Source: Lama guanicoe (Eukaryota). Taken from it: 64,000 bases of DNA. The stretch's first letter is position 1, and every line of letters begins with the position of its first letter. The stretch is taken from positions 248,001 through 312,000 of the forward strand of contig MU056029.1 of assembly GCA_013239625.1 (NCBI GenBank), read 5' to 3'. This document shows positions 50,163 to 63,296 of the stretch, one piece after another. A program made the translations under genes and the position numbers. The notes below the pieces were generated by a model. That model worked only from the letters and a program-made list of their open reading frames with translations. It ran no database searches and had not been told where the DNA came from.

Positions 50163-50772
50163 TGTGTCAGTGATTAAGTTCTTGTCTCCCAGCAGAAGGA
50201 ATTCAGAGATGAGACACACAGGTTGAGAAAGTAAAGTGAGGATTTATTATTTATCAAAGGGAGAGCAGGCAGACTCAGGTGAGCAGTTACCCTGAGTCTC
50301 TTTGACAAGTTGGTTACACAGAGTGTAAAAATGAGTGGGAGGAATATTCATTGGGGAGGGAAGGGTTTGGGGTCATATACCCTGATTTTTTCCCCAGCTC
50401 CACTTCCCTGAAGGGAAGAGATTTTTGTCCTTATTTAGTCTGGATTGGAAGTGACATGACATCAGTGCATGATGGGTACTTCTAATCTTCAAGGCTAATT
50501 TTATTGAAGTGAGGGCATAATGAGCAAAAGGCTACATTTGGATGCTGGAGATTCCTGCCTTTTCCCACCTTTCTTTGTCAGCCTCCAGGCCGCTTGTCAG
50601 CCCAGAGGTTCCTGCTTTTCTCTGTCTTCCCAAGGACCCCTGTTGCTTACATGATGTATGATTTCCTGTATTTGGCCCTGTGCCCATCTCCTTTTTGTCC
50701 AGTTTCTGCCATTTGGCCTTGTCCTCCTCCCCTTTTTTTCCCTTCATATCTAGCTATCTGCCTGCTCTGACA
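50163..50772 (-). mobile_element. ERV1-class solo LTR, family A copy 4
   Basis: Perfect TSD TCAT (50159-50162, 50773-50776). Family 19-mer at 50465-50483. Confidence 0.92.
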
Positions 50773-50939
50773 TCATGACTACAAACCTCACCTTCTGAGA
50801 GACAAGTGCCAACAGTGTTTAGCAGACATGAAGAGGTCGTGCAATATGGCACTCCTCCCCACCATGAGAATCACCAAGACTTTAGCTGGGCTGAGGCGTT
50901 AATAATTTCACCCACACCCACCCCATTTCCTGGGGTAAC

Positions 50940-51795
50940 AGCCTTATCTCATCCATATATAAAAATTAATTCAAGAAAGATCATAGACCTAAACACAGAA
51001 CCCAAAGTTGTAAAGCCCAGAGGAATAATCCAGAAGACTAGCCTGTAATTGTGGGGTAGGCAAATATATCTCGGACACGACACACACAAAAATAATAATA
51101 CTAAATTTAAATTGATCAGAATCAAAAAACGGTGCTTACCAAATGATACTTTTGAGAAAATGAAAAGGCAAGACACAAATGGAGATAAAATATTTACAAT
51201 ACATACATCTGACAAAGAATTTATACCCAGAATATATAAAGAACTACTACAACTCAATAATAAGGAATTTAATTTCTTTTTTGAAAGTTGAGCAAAAGAC
51301 TTGAGTAAACACTTTACAGAAAAGACTTAAACAAATGACAAATGAACATATAAATAGGCTGTCAATACCGTACATTTCAGTAAAATGTCAATGAAACCAC
51401 CCTGAAATACCACTTCACACCCACTAGAACGTCTATAATTAAAAAGACTGGTAACTCCAAAATTTGGCAACGATCAGCCTGGAAACTTATACTCAGCTGG
51501 TAGGAGAGTGAAATAGTACAATCACTTGGGAAAACAGTTTGACAGTTTCAGAAAAGGTTACATATACACCCACTCTGTGACTCAGCAGGGCCACTTCCAG
51601 GTATTGACCCAAGAGAAATAAAAATACACATTCACAGTAAGAGTTGCACAAGAATATTTCTAGCAAGGTTATCCATAATGACTCCGAACTGGGAAAATTC
51701 TAAATGTTTGTCAATGAGAGAACTGATAAACGCATGTTGACAGAGTCATGTGACAATGAAAATCAGCAACAAAAAGAGAATTAGTGATACCCATT
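50940..51795 (+). mobile_element. Ancient L1 ORF2 remnant
   Basis: ORF 51049-51291 (KIFTIHTSDKEFIPRIYKELLQLN) is L1 ORF2-like. Confidence 0.8.
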
Positions 51796-51803
51796 AATAC
51801 CAT

Positions 51804-51871
51804 GTGTAGAATTCAGTCATAGAGCATGTGCTTAGCCTGCATGAGGTCCTGGATTCAATCCCCAGTACCTT
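51804..51871 (+). mobile_element. Vic-1-type SINE head
   Basis: AGAGCATGTGCTTAGCCTGCATGAGGTCCTGGATTCAATCCCCAGTACC. Confidence 0.8.
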
Positions 51872-52202
<331 letters not shown>

Positions 52203-52203
52203 T

Positions 52204-52706
52204 TGTCAACTGAGAACTGCACAGCCTAAAAACAGAGCTACATTCTATTTGGTGGACTTTCTGAGGACTCGAACCCGGGAGGCAGCCTCTCAGATGGCTC
52301 TAAGAGACTGTTCTGAAGAGGCAACGGAGGAGCCAGGATATATAGGATTTTTGCCGCAAAGTCTAGGTAGTTGGACCATCAAAAGGTTACTGTTGATTAA
52401 AGAAAACCAGACATCTCAAGTTAAGGAATTTAGGGCTTTTCTATGTATGGGAAGGTGCAAAGGTCTGGGCTTATTGGAATCATTCCTTTGAGATGCACCT
52501 GGCTGTCTTGGGCCAGGGTCCTGTCCTTACATATCCTGAGTCCCCTCAGGGGGCACCGCTGGGGGTGGCAGCAGAGGCTGGGCTGCCTGCTTGTCTGCAT
52601 CCTCAGTTCCCTCTGCTGACTGTCAGGGGTGGGGGTAGTAGCCGATGACTTGATGGCCACAGCATCCTCTGTTTACTGATATGGCTGGCAGTGTTTTTCA
52701 TCCACA
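52204..52706. mobile_element. ERV solo LTR, family B copy 3
   Basis: TGTCAACTGAG...TCCACA, near-TSD AAGT/AAGC. Homologous to the 5.3-6.3 kb copies. Confidence 0.8.
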
Positions 52707-52852
52707 AAGCTGCCCCACAGGCAGGGCTTACAGGTTTATCGGGACTGGAGAGTGCTTTTTGCACACTTTTCCCTCAGTTTTCTGCTGTGCAGTATTTGTC
52801 CTCGTTGTTTTCTCCCCCCCCCCACCTCCTTCCCTTCCTCTTCCGCAGTCCC

Positions 52853-52966
52853 NNNNNNNNNNNNNNNNNNNNNNNNNNNNNNNNNNNNNNNNNNNNNNNN
52901 NNNNNNNNNNNNNNNNNNNNNNNNNNNNNNNNNNNNNNNNNNNNNNNNNNNNNNNNNNNNNNNNNN
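52853..52966. other. Assembly gap inside a C/T-rich low-complexity tract
   Basis: Run of N. Confidence 1.
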
Positions 52967-53652
52967 CTTCCCCCTCCTCCCCTCCTCACTCTCCTCCCCT
53001 CCTTTCCTCCCTCCCCGCTCCTTTTCCTTCTTTAATTGTAGCTTCCAGAGGCATTGGTACACCAATTTTATAAAACAGATAGTACCCTCCCTGTATTTGG
53101 TTCCAAAAGTTGAAGAATAAGTAAGACTTTGTTCAGAACAGAGCAGCTAAGAGTAAAAAGGAAAAGGACTTCACCTTTTACTTTCCTACTCACTAAGCTT
53201 TTTTCCTACTCACTAAGCTCAATCGAGAGAATGTCAGCTGGGCCCCTGCTCTGCCTTGGGCACTGTGCTGGCTTCTGGGGAACAAAAAGGAGTACACAGA
53301 TCCCACTCCCTTGGAGAGCTGTCAGGCCGGTGTGTCACAGCAGCTGCAAGCGCTTCCAGAAGGAACTTCGGGGGAGAAAATAATTAAATGGACATAAAGT
53401 TTTCTCCTCCTCCCCCAGTAGATCCATTATGCAAACCCAGATTTTTATAATTTGAATTTTTTGAAAAATAGAAACGATCCACTTGGTGGCAAGTTTTAGA
53501 CAGACTGCAGATTTCTGGAAGTAATTTAGGGAGGTTTCTGAAGTTGGTATGCAAAGCTGGATGGAACAGAAACTTCTGCACCAAGGCTTCAAGATGGCGC
53601 TTACAATGGAGACGTCTGTACTTGGAAGCTCCTTGTGTGCTGCTAGTGAAGG

Positions 53653-54226
53653 TGTTGCTGAAAAACCGTCCTCGGGACCCTGATAGCCAAACTGAGACTT
53701 GGAGGCTGAATTCTGGGAGAATTATTAAAAAACTGCTTTACTGCTTTGCCAAGCAAAGGGGAGTCACAGCAGACTAATGCCTCAGAGACTATGAATCCAT
53801 CTTGGGGTTGGGATCCTGAGGTTTTATAGAAAAACTGGACTGAACAGAAAGGCAGCAACAATTAGGGTGTTTTTCCAGGGTGCTCTATTTTTCTTAAGCT
53901 TGGTGAATCCACCTGGTGTCATGGAGAAACTCCGGAGGATCTGTTCATTTTTCTGAGGCTATCAGCCCATGACCACCTTCCTGGAACACAGCTGAGTTAG
54001 AGGGTAATCTATTCTGGGTAAAGAATGTATTGGTAGTGGAGCATGTCATGGGAAGGCTGGAGACTGTTTAGCACAAAAGTATGTGAGCAAGTGAAGCAAA
54101 GATGGAGGTTTGTCAGAGAACAGAGAAAAACAAGTTGCAAGAATGTTTAAGTCAGAATGAATCAGCAAACAGTTTTAGCATCAGGGAAGCCACTTTGTTA
54201 GCTAGTTTCCTACTCTTTCTGTTACC
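53653..54226 (-). mobile_element. Probable ERV LTR
   Basis: TGTTGCTGAA start and LTR-like composition. The far end is uncertain. Confidence 0.45.
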
Positions 54227-54469
54227 TAGCACTTCTCACTCAGCGAAGACACCTTTGCTGTCGTATCTCATAGGCAGACAACTCTCAGGCCGCCCCAAAG
54301 TGAAGTGGGATGTAGGCAGGCCCCAGCTGCTGAGCCAGCAGGAGAGCGGGTCGTGCGGGCTGCCTGAGCTCTGCCTCATAATCTCATGTTCTGAAAATAT
54401 TTTAATTAACAATTGTATTCTCCAGGGTACTCTTGACTCTTTAAAAAAATTTTAAACTTTTTTTTAGTT

Positions 54470-54666
54470 TAATTAAAAAAATGTTTTGTCCGTTTTATTT
54501 TAAACAATTAAAATAATTTTGTTGATTTTGTTAATTTTATTAATTTTTGTTTTTTGGGGGGCGTGTAATTAGGTTTATTACTTATTTTATTGGAGGTACT
54601 GGACATTGAACCTAGGACCTCGTGCATGCTAAGCACACACTCTACCACTGAGCTATACCCACCCCC
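54470..54666 (-). mobile_element. Vic-1-type SINE with long AT-rich tail
   Basis: GGACCTCGTGCATGCTAAGCACACACTCTACCACTGAGCTATACCC; AACTTTTTTTT(T)A on both flanks. Confidence 0.88.
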
Positions 54667-54679
54667 TAACTTTTTTTTT

Positions 54680-55470
54680 AATGCCATAAAATATACATGG
54701 CATAAAATTGACCGTCTTGCCCATGTTCAGTGTGCAGTTTAGTGGCATACAGTGCATTGTCATGCCGCCATCACCACGATCCTGTCACGAACATTTTCAT
54801 CATCCTGAGCTGAAATGCTGCACACAAAAAAGTATAACTTACCCCTCCTCCCCTCCCCCAGCAACCGCCATTCTACTTTCTGTTGCAATGAATCTGACTG
54901 CTCTAGGTACCTCGTATGAGTGAAATCATACAGTATTTGCCTTTTTGTGTCTGGCTTATTTCACTGAGCATAATGACCACAAAGTTTATCCCTGTTATAA
55001 AGAATGTGTCAGAATTTCCTTCTATTTTAAGGTGGAACAATTGCATGTAAAGACTACATTTGGTTTATCCATGCATCTGTTAATAGACACAGTGGGTTGC
55101 CTCCATCCTTTGACTATTGTGAATAATGCTGCTATGAATAAGAGTGTGTAAATATCTGTTTCAGTTCCTGTTTTCAGTCCTTTGGGGTATGTACCCAGAA
55201 GAATTGCTGAATCATATATTAATTTTATGGGTTTTTTTGTTTGTTTGTTTGAGAAATTACCATTCTGTCTTCCACAGTGGCTGTAGCATTTTCCACTCCC
55301 ACACCAGCACACAAGGGTTCCAATTTCTCCACATGTTTGCCAACACTTATTGTTATGTTTTGTTTTGTTTTGTTTTTATAAACTTCATACTAGGCTTCAT
55401 ACTAGGTGTGACGTGATATCTCATTGTGGTTTTGATTTGCATTTCCCTAATGATTAGTGAAGTTGAGGAT
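54680..55470 (-). mobile_element. Old L1MB-type 3' end
   Basis: L1 motifs; ORF 55022-55312(-) is ORF2-like. Confidence 0.8.
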
Positions 55471-55613
55471 GCCTTGAATATTGATATTCTGAGACTATTG
55501 TATTATTGATATTAAGAGATTTTAACATGAGTGATTATTAAAGCAATGAAAAGAACTTCCATAAGTTATGTTTTGAACTGTAGGTTGAGGGTAAGAGAAA
55601 CCCTGGTGTTTGG

Positions 55614-56170
55614 CCTGCACCCCAATGTTCATACCAGCACTATTTACAATAGCCAAGACATGGAAACAGCCTAAATGTCCATCCACAGATGACTGGATAA
55701 AGAAGATGTGGTATATTTATACACTGGAATACTATTCAGCCATAAAAACCGACAACATAACGCCATTTGCAGCAACGTGGATGTTCCTGGAGAATGTCAT
55801 TCTAAGTGAAGTAAGCCAGAAAGAGAAAGAAAAATACCATATGAGGTTGCTCATATGTGGAATCTAAAAAAAACCAAAAACACAAAACAGAAACAGACTC
55901 ATAGACATAGAATACAAACTTGAGGTTGCCAAGGGGGCAGAGGGTGGGAAGAGATAGACTGGAATTTCAAAATGTGGAATAGATAAACAAGATTATACTG
56001 TATAGCACAGGGAAATATATACAAGATCTTGTGGTAGCTCACAGCGAAAAAGATGTGACAATGAATATATATATATGTTCATGTATAACTGAAAAATTGC
56101 GCTCTACACTGGAATTTGACACAACATTGTAAAATGATTATAAATCAATAAAAAAAAGTTAAAAAAAAAA
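55614..56170 (+). mobile_element. Young 5'-truncated L1 with perfect 18-bp TSD
   Basis: TSD AGAAACCCTGGTGTTTGG at 55596-55613 and 56171-56188, open ORF2 C-terminus, AATAAA and poly-A. Confidence 0.95.
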
Positions 56171-56254
56171 AGAAACCCTGGTGTTTGGAGGGCAGATGGA
56201 ATCCCTGGGGAAGCATAAGTCGTGGTTGGGAGTTTTGTGTGGAGGGATAATATG

Positions 56255-57755
56255 TTTAAAACTAACTGACTGAAGACGTGAATGTAAGAACTAAAACCAC
56301 ACAATCCCTAGTAGAAAACATATATGGCACCTCAGTGACACCGATCTTAGCAGTGTCTTTGTGGTTCTGACTCCAAAGGCAAGGGAAAAAAAAGCAAAAG
56401 CGAACAAGTGGGACTACATCAAACTAAAAAGGTTCTGCTCAGCAAAGGAAACTATGGGCAAAATTAAAAAGCCACCTACTGAATAGGAAAAGATACTGGC
56501 AAGTCATACATTTGATAAGGGGTTAATATCCAAAATATATAAAGAACTCAATAACTAAAAGAGAAACAAACACAAAACAAAGCAAACAAAAAAACAGGTA
56601 GACTGAAAAGTGAGCAAAGGCTCTGAATAGACATGTTTCCAAAGAGGGCATGCAGATGGCCAACGGGCACATGGAAACATGCTCAGCGTCACTAATTATC
56701 AGGAAGATGTAAATCAAAGCCACAGTGAGAGATGACCTCACACCTGTCAGAATGGCTACCATCAAAAAGTCTCCAAATAACAAATGTTGGTAAGGCTGGA
56801 GAGAAAATGGAACCCTAGTACACTGTTGGTGGGAGCGCAAATTGGTCCAGCCAATAAGGAAAACAGCATGGAAGTTTCACAACAAAAGAACAGGCCTACC
56901 ACAGGTCCCAGCTGTTACTTTTCTGGGCGCACACATACCTCGGAGGTGTTGTGGATTTGGTGCCAGTCCCCGGCAATAAAGCGAGTCACACAATTCCTTT
57001 TTGCGATAGTAGCATCGAAGATCACTGATCACAGATTGACATAGCAAATGCTATAATAATGAAACCATTTGAAATATTGCAAGAATTACCAAAATGTGAT
57101 AGAGACAAAATAAGTGAGCAAATGCTGTTGGGAAAACTGATAGACTTGCCAGATGCAGGGTTGCCACAAATCTTCAATGTATAAAAAACAAACTATCTTC
57201 AAAGTGCCATAAAATGAGATATGCCTATATTTATCCGCAGAACACACACACAAAAAAACCACTAATTCAAACAGATACATGCGTTCTTATGTTCATTGCA
57301 GCATTATTTACAATAGCCAAGTTATGGAAACATTGATGATTCATTGAAGGATAAGTGGGTGAAAAAGAAGTGGTATATATATATATACACACACATATAT
57401 ATATTGTATATATACAAAGGAATATTGCTCAGCCATAAAAGTGAATGAAATCCTTCATTCACAACACAGATGGACCTTGAGAGTATTACACTAAATGAAA
57501 TAGGCCAGATGAAGGAAGATAAATACCATATGATTTTGCTCACGAGTGGAATCTAAGAAGGAAAAAAAACTCAATCGACAGCAACAAAGTCACAGATACA
57601 GAGAACAGATTAGTGGTCACCAGAGGGGAAGGGGGTTGGGGGTGAGCAAAACGGCTGAAAGACCTAGCTGTGTGGTGGCGGATGGGAACTAGATGTGTGG
57701 TGGTGCACACAGATGTTGAACTGCAATGCTCTACACCCGGAACTTCTACATGTGA
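56255..57755 (+). mobile_element. Older L1 ORF2/3' fragment, split by a Tigger1 derivative
   Basis: AAGTGGGACTACATCAAACTAAAAAG and later ORF2 motifs. Confidence 0.85.
56930..57229 (-). mobile_element. Internally deleted Tigger1 derivative retaining both ends
   Basis: CATACCTCGGAG...CAATAAAGCGAGTCACAC at the left end and ATAAAATGAGATATGCCT at the right end match the two Tigger1 termini. Confidence 0.75.
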
Positions 57756-59920
57756 GAAAAGAGCTGAGCTACAGTCATCAGCCCTGATACAAAGGTGCAG
57801 AAGCACTCGCTCAGGAATGCCCCAAGCATCATACCCTTTGGGTGGGAAGGACAAAAGGAGGGTCCACAGGGACAGGGACTGCTTAGCAGAGCACTAGGGC
57901 CGTACCCAGGACCCCGGGGGGAGTCTGCAGGTGTTTAGGGTGGGCTGTCCGCCCCCAGCAGTCAGCCGCAAGAAGGGCTCGGAAACCCCAGTTCCAAAAT
58001 AGAAGGGGAGGCTGGGGGGAAACGCTCAGGCATGGGCAGAACACGGCCCTGGCATTCTGACACCTCCCACGGCGCTGGGCAGTGTGGGGTCGACCCCCTC
58101 CTCATGCATTTGAACAGGAGCCCCTCTCTCCTTGGCGGAAAATTACCAACAAGGCTGGAGGAGCGGTAGGTTCCTGGGTGTCTGTCTTGCCAGGCTTCTA
58201 CTCCTGGGGAACACCAATGGGTCACGGCTAAAAATCAGTAGGAAAAGAGAGATAAATTTCTATTCAAATTGCCCTCCTTCTGCACAAGATTCAAATAACT
58301 CTATGGTTTCCTCAGATCTCGCTCACACAGGACTTTGGAAACTGCGCACACCGCGCTCACGGCGCAAGGACACGCGCCTTCCCAGCGCCGGCAGGTGCAG
58401 CTCCTCAAGGAGCGGGGGCTTCGGAGCGCTGGTGGGTCTCCAAGCACCCGCCACGCCCTTCCAGGCCGTCACCCAGAAAAGGACTGGCACGCCCTTCCTT
58501 GCCAGCCTTGGCTCATTTTTGAGGTCACCACATTTAAAAGTCTCAAGAATAGTAAGTGCTTAAAACACTGAGAACGCTTTCCCTTGTATTTAAAGACGGG
58601 AGTGGGCGGCAGTGCCTCTCCGCGTGTGTCCTTAATGGAAAATGCACCCTTTCCGGGGGAGCCTCAGCCCTTTCTTGGCAGCCTGATGCGTGGTCTGGGT
58701 GGGGCTGTCCTGAAGTCACCTGTGTGTGCAGGTGTGGAGGCAGCCAGCTGTGGGTGAGGGTGTGACGGCCCACGTGGGCATCTTGGACGGTCACTTGACT
58801 GGTATTTGCTTCCCTAGCAGCTCTGTTTCCTTGGCCTGGGAATGTGATGCAAGACAGGGGGGCCATGAGCCCTGACAGTCCCTCTCCTTAGACTGACGGA
58901 AGGAACGCGTATAACCCTCTGCAAGTCCCCGTCCTGGGACGCTCTCTGTTGAAGCTGTTGAGTTGCCGCATGTGGCCAAGAGCTTCAAGACCCCTGACCC
59001 ATCAGGAGGGGCTGGAGGGGCTGGAGGGGTAAAGGGGAGGCCCACCCAGGGCTGACCACCCATGGGCAGAAGTTGTTCCTGACCCAGTGTCAGGACTCCA
59101 GGACATTTTTCAAACAGAGAAAAGCAGCTACTTACAGCCCAAAAACCCAGGAGTGAGCTCTTCCTCACATACCTGACCTCAGGTGCAAAGTGGAATTCAG
59201 GAAGAGAAAGAAGCTGGCGAAACCCCTCTAGCTGCTTCAGCTGCCCTTCCCGCACCACGTGTGGACTTCCGTTTGCAAGAATGACTCATGAGCTCCAATT
59301 AGAGCCGTGCTAACCAGGAGCCCCTCTTATGTTTTATTAGGTGGGCACGTCTCTGGCCAGTTCTCCTTAAAATTCATGGCTTCATCCCCACAGTGTAATA
59401 GATCTGCCCCGACAGCCTACAACATTTTTGCTTTTCTCTGTATGTGAATTACAGGCTGGAGCTGGCATGACCAGTGCATCTTGGGTCTTTTTTTTTTTTT
59501 TGTCATTTAGCTTTGAAAGGCAAGAATCAAAAATCTTGAAAACTTTAAAGAAACCTCTTCTAAAATAATGGAATTACAGTCTAGGAAATATTCATTTCTG
59601 AGGCAAAAGATTGATTTGCCTGGGGTGTCGTGGAAGGCAGCTTCGCGGGGAGTGCAGAGGGCAGACTGCAGGACGGCTCTTGGCTTTCTGAGCACAGATG
59701 TTTTCTCTGCCACCCCCTTAGCTACGGTTGACCCCAAAAGGGTTGAGAACAGGTGAGAATGAGGAAGGGATTCAATTTAGTGAGCAATCCGGGTGCTGTA
59801 TGCTGGTTTAAGGCAGAACTGAGAATGACAAATGGTTCTTAACTTCAATTTACCAAAATGTTGATTTTAAAGACTTGACATACATATGGAATAGCACTGC
59901 AAAGCGGAATTTAAAAAGAA

Positions 59921-59921
<1 letters not shown>

Positions 59922-59961
<40 letters not shown>
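59922..59961. repeat. Poly-A tract (40 nt)
   Basis: Read directly. Confidence 0.95.
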
Positions 59962-59963
<2 letters not shown>

Positions 59964-61369
59964 AGAAAGGAAGAAAAGCTGAAGAAGGTGAAAATCCTAA
60001 TTATAAAAAAAAAACCCAGAATCCCACAGAGTCACCTGAAGCCCACCCAGAGTGGAGATGGTGACTACACTGTCCTGACTCAGTGTGCATGGGGGATGGG
60101 AACACAGCTCAGGTAACCATAAGGCAGTGAGCTGCTTTCCTGGCAGAGTGGGTTTGGCGCGCGGCACCCTGTGCCCATCAGGACTGGGTCTGGTTAAGGA
60201 GGACTTCCTTAAGCCAACCAGGGTCTGAACCAGGTCATAAGCTTTCCAGTGAAGGTCTCCAGTTATATTTCTATTAACAAGGACAGAAGGAAAGAAATGC
60301 CATTACAAGTGTCTTGGAAACACTTTGTCATTGTTCCAAAACACTTGCTTCGAGTTAGGCATAAACTAAGATCAAATCGTGCAGAAGTGTTTTAATGCTT
60401 TTACAAATGCAAGAAAGAAACCAGCTTGTGATTATGTTAAAACTGCAGGGTTGAAATCAAAAAGGAACCCTAACATGCAGATCCTTCCGGGAGAGATGCT
60501 AGGGGCTTGTGCAATGGTCCGTGTGACAGAGAGCTCACCCCTGGGCAGGGCAGAGGCAGCCCTCCTGGAGGTGGTGTTCATTCCAAGTAAGATCCAAGTC
60601 CGGAGGCAGGGCGGGAGGTGAGAAAGCACTGTCGTCTTCCTTGTGGCTTGCTTGGATGACTGAAGAGCATCGTTTCATTAAAGAAAAGAAAAATGGATGG
60701 TGGGGACAAAGTTGATCTCATAATTTATGAATGGGCCCCAACCAGAGAAGGATTTCACTGCAGTGGCAGAATGAACACAAAGAAAGGACTTGAGAATAAG
60801 TCCCAGCATGGAGATTATTCAGTAGAGATGTGAGAAATGCAGGATGAGGTGACGCGAGCGGCAGTGCTGGGGCTGGCACCCTGTGGGTGGGGCTTGGCAG
60901 GGGGCCTTGGAGCCCTCCCTCCTGGGAAGCAGGGACAAGGGGGCGAGGGCAGGGCAGGGTCAGGTGGGTGGGAGGGCCTGTGTCTCGAGCCTGTAAGAGC
61001 TGGGGACTGAAGGACCTTCCCTGTCCCTGCTCTGCTCGCTGTCCACACCACTTCCCACCACCCGCTCCTCCCTGGCCTTGCTTGGCTTAATCCACATCTA
61101 GCTAAAGTCAAGGTGCTCTGTCTATGAGACTTGTGGCCCCTGCAGACTTGAAGTTGGGCCTGTATTTTCTACTCACTTCACAGTCACAGGTGCAGGAACA
61201 AGCTGCCTGTGATCTTTCTCCTACAACCACTTTTTTTCCTCCGACCCACTCCGTTAATTTCTGAGAGAGGGTCAGGTACATTTGTGATTTTTTTTTCTGT
61301 TCCTCCCTTCTGTCAGTTTCTGTTGCATGTGTTTGGAAGCTCTGCTATTAGGTGCACACCATTTAGGAC

Positions 61370-61708
61370 TGTTAGAGACCAGAAAGTGGATAGTGGCCCA
61401 GTTCCTGGGAATCCCAGCCCCTTCCCCAAGGTAGTTAGAATAACCCTCCCGCTTGTCAGCATATGAAGTTACTCGGCCCATAAAAATTAACCGTCTCATA
61501 TCCTGGGGCCTCTCACCTTCTGAGATGGCCTGCAGTCTGTCTATGGAGTCTGTACCTCACTGAATAAATCTACCTTCAGTCAACTACAGCTCGCTCTTGA
61601 ATTCTTTCCTGTTCGAAGCCAAGGACCCTCACTTGATGGGGCGTGTCCCAGAGACTCACCTGAGACCTGGGACACAGCCATCCTCTGAAGCCCCATTTTC
61701 CTGCAACA
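61370..61708 (+). mobile_element. ERV1-type LTR, related to the 45722-46501 element
   Basis: CCTTCTGAGATGG, AATAAA at 61563, GAATTCTTT and a TGCAACA end. These mirror motifs of the 46 kb LTR. Confidence 0.7.
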
Positions 61709-63216
61709 ATTGCATTAGCCAGAAATTCCAGAAAATATTAAGTAACACTGGCTTAGAACAAGCAACTTTCCTTTAGCTCTGATTCTAACAGGAATGCCTT
61801 GGGTGTTTCAGTATTAACATTTATTCTCGGAGTCGTCAAACATTTACTGAATGTATTCTAAGAGCTAATTTCTGTGCTGGTGCCAGGGGTATAAGGTGAA
61901 GAGAACACACGCTCTGACCTCCAAGAACTTAAAATTGGTTTTGTATAATGTTCAATGTAGCCATTTTGTCACCAAGGGCAGAGGCAGCCTTCCTACCTAT
62001 TTTAGATGTGCCATTAGTACTGGGTGACAGGACATGCATTTCCCAGGGCTCTTTTGAGAATATCATGCAGTCCATCTCTGCAGTATGGTCTTCTTTTGAG
62101 GTCAAACTTAGGGGCTTGCTACGTATTCTGATAAGCACCTATGGACAGTCTTCATCCCAGAGGGCAGCTGGCTGCCAGTGCTCTTTACCATGCTTATGCC
62201 TCTGAAATGGCCTTGGTACCCATCCTCACAGAGCCACTTCCTGCATCATTCCATCTCCAAGAGAAGTTTCAGGGAGGAAAGATGCCTTTGAAAGACGGTA
62301 TATTGTGAGTGCAGGAAAATCGGGAAGCTGGGGCACTTTGTACTCTCAGGTACTCAGGTAAATAGGCATCTAGTTCCCATACTTTGTGCTAAACCATTAA
62401 TTTAATTTGGGAAACAGTAGAGTTGTGCCCCTTCCCAGGGAAATGCTCTTTATACGCGTTGCTCCGAGAACGGTGTGGGGGAGGGGCGGGTGGGGCGGCA
62501 TCCCCTTCTGTCCTGGGCACTGCTGGCTGCTGGAGCCTCCCACTCCCTCCTCTCTCTCGCTCCTCTAACAGGACTCAGACGCTCCTCTGAGGACCCACTC
62601 ACGCAGCCCAGGTGCTTGGAGGGGAGCTAACTTCTCTCCCAGCTCCAGCCCAGAGCCCATCGGGACATTCCCTGCTCGTTTCCAGTGACTGGTTCAAGGC
62701 TTTCTGGCAACCCATGTGGGGACCCTTCCTGGGACGTGGAGAGGGGTGCCCCATCTCCCCTCTGCACGTGATGTGAACACATCTGGGACCGTTCCAGCCA
62801 CGCCATCACCAAGAACAGAGCCAGCCCTGGGATCACGCTGACCCCAGAAAGCCGGGCCCAGGGAGAGAGGCAGCAAGCCCAGGTCTGAGCGGCGTGTTCA
62901 GCTGCCCCGGACTCCCCCTCTCTGGTGTGGCAGACACGAGGCCTGCCTTCCCTTTCCACCTGACCGGAGGAGTCACAGGCACGGGTGACCAGCCACTCCT
63001 CCTGCGTGCTGTGCTCAGAAACTGCTTCGACCTCGGCTCCTGCTCCGGGACGGGAGCCCTAAGCAGGAGCACATCCTGCTAATGTCACGTCCCCAGGCTG
63101 AGCGAGCGGGCAACTCACGATTGGCCGAGTCCAGGAGAGGGTTCTGAAGGGAAAATGCCATGTAACTGCCTTGGACTTCTTAAAATAATCTTTTCTTTCT
63201 CTTTTTCTCTGTTCAG

Positions 63217-63296
63217 AGAGACAGAAATAATGACTCCCAAGACAATGGTTAAAGATACACACCTGAGAAGACCAGGCTCTTGGCAGCAAGGGTCTG
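63217..63296 (+). other. Candidate internal exon
   Basis: Strong acceptor TTTTCTTTCTCTTTTTCTCTGTTCAG ending at 63216, and donor CTG/GTGGGT at 63297. Confidence 0.3.

Noticed and set aside
53181..53220. 20-bp duplication TTTCCTACTCACTAAGCT, and similar 12-bp duplications near 11420 and 55383
   Set aside because: These are ordinary slippage duplications. There is no repeat-spacer array, so nothing CRISPR-like.
61929..62205. Short ORFs on both strands as a processed pseudogene
   Set aside because: No recognisable protein, poly-A tail or TSD.
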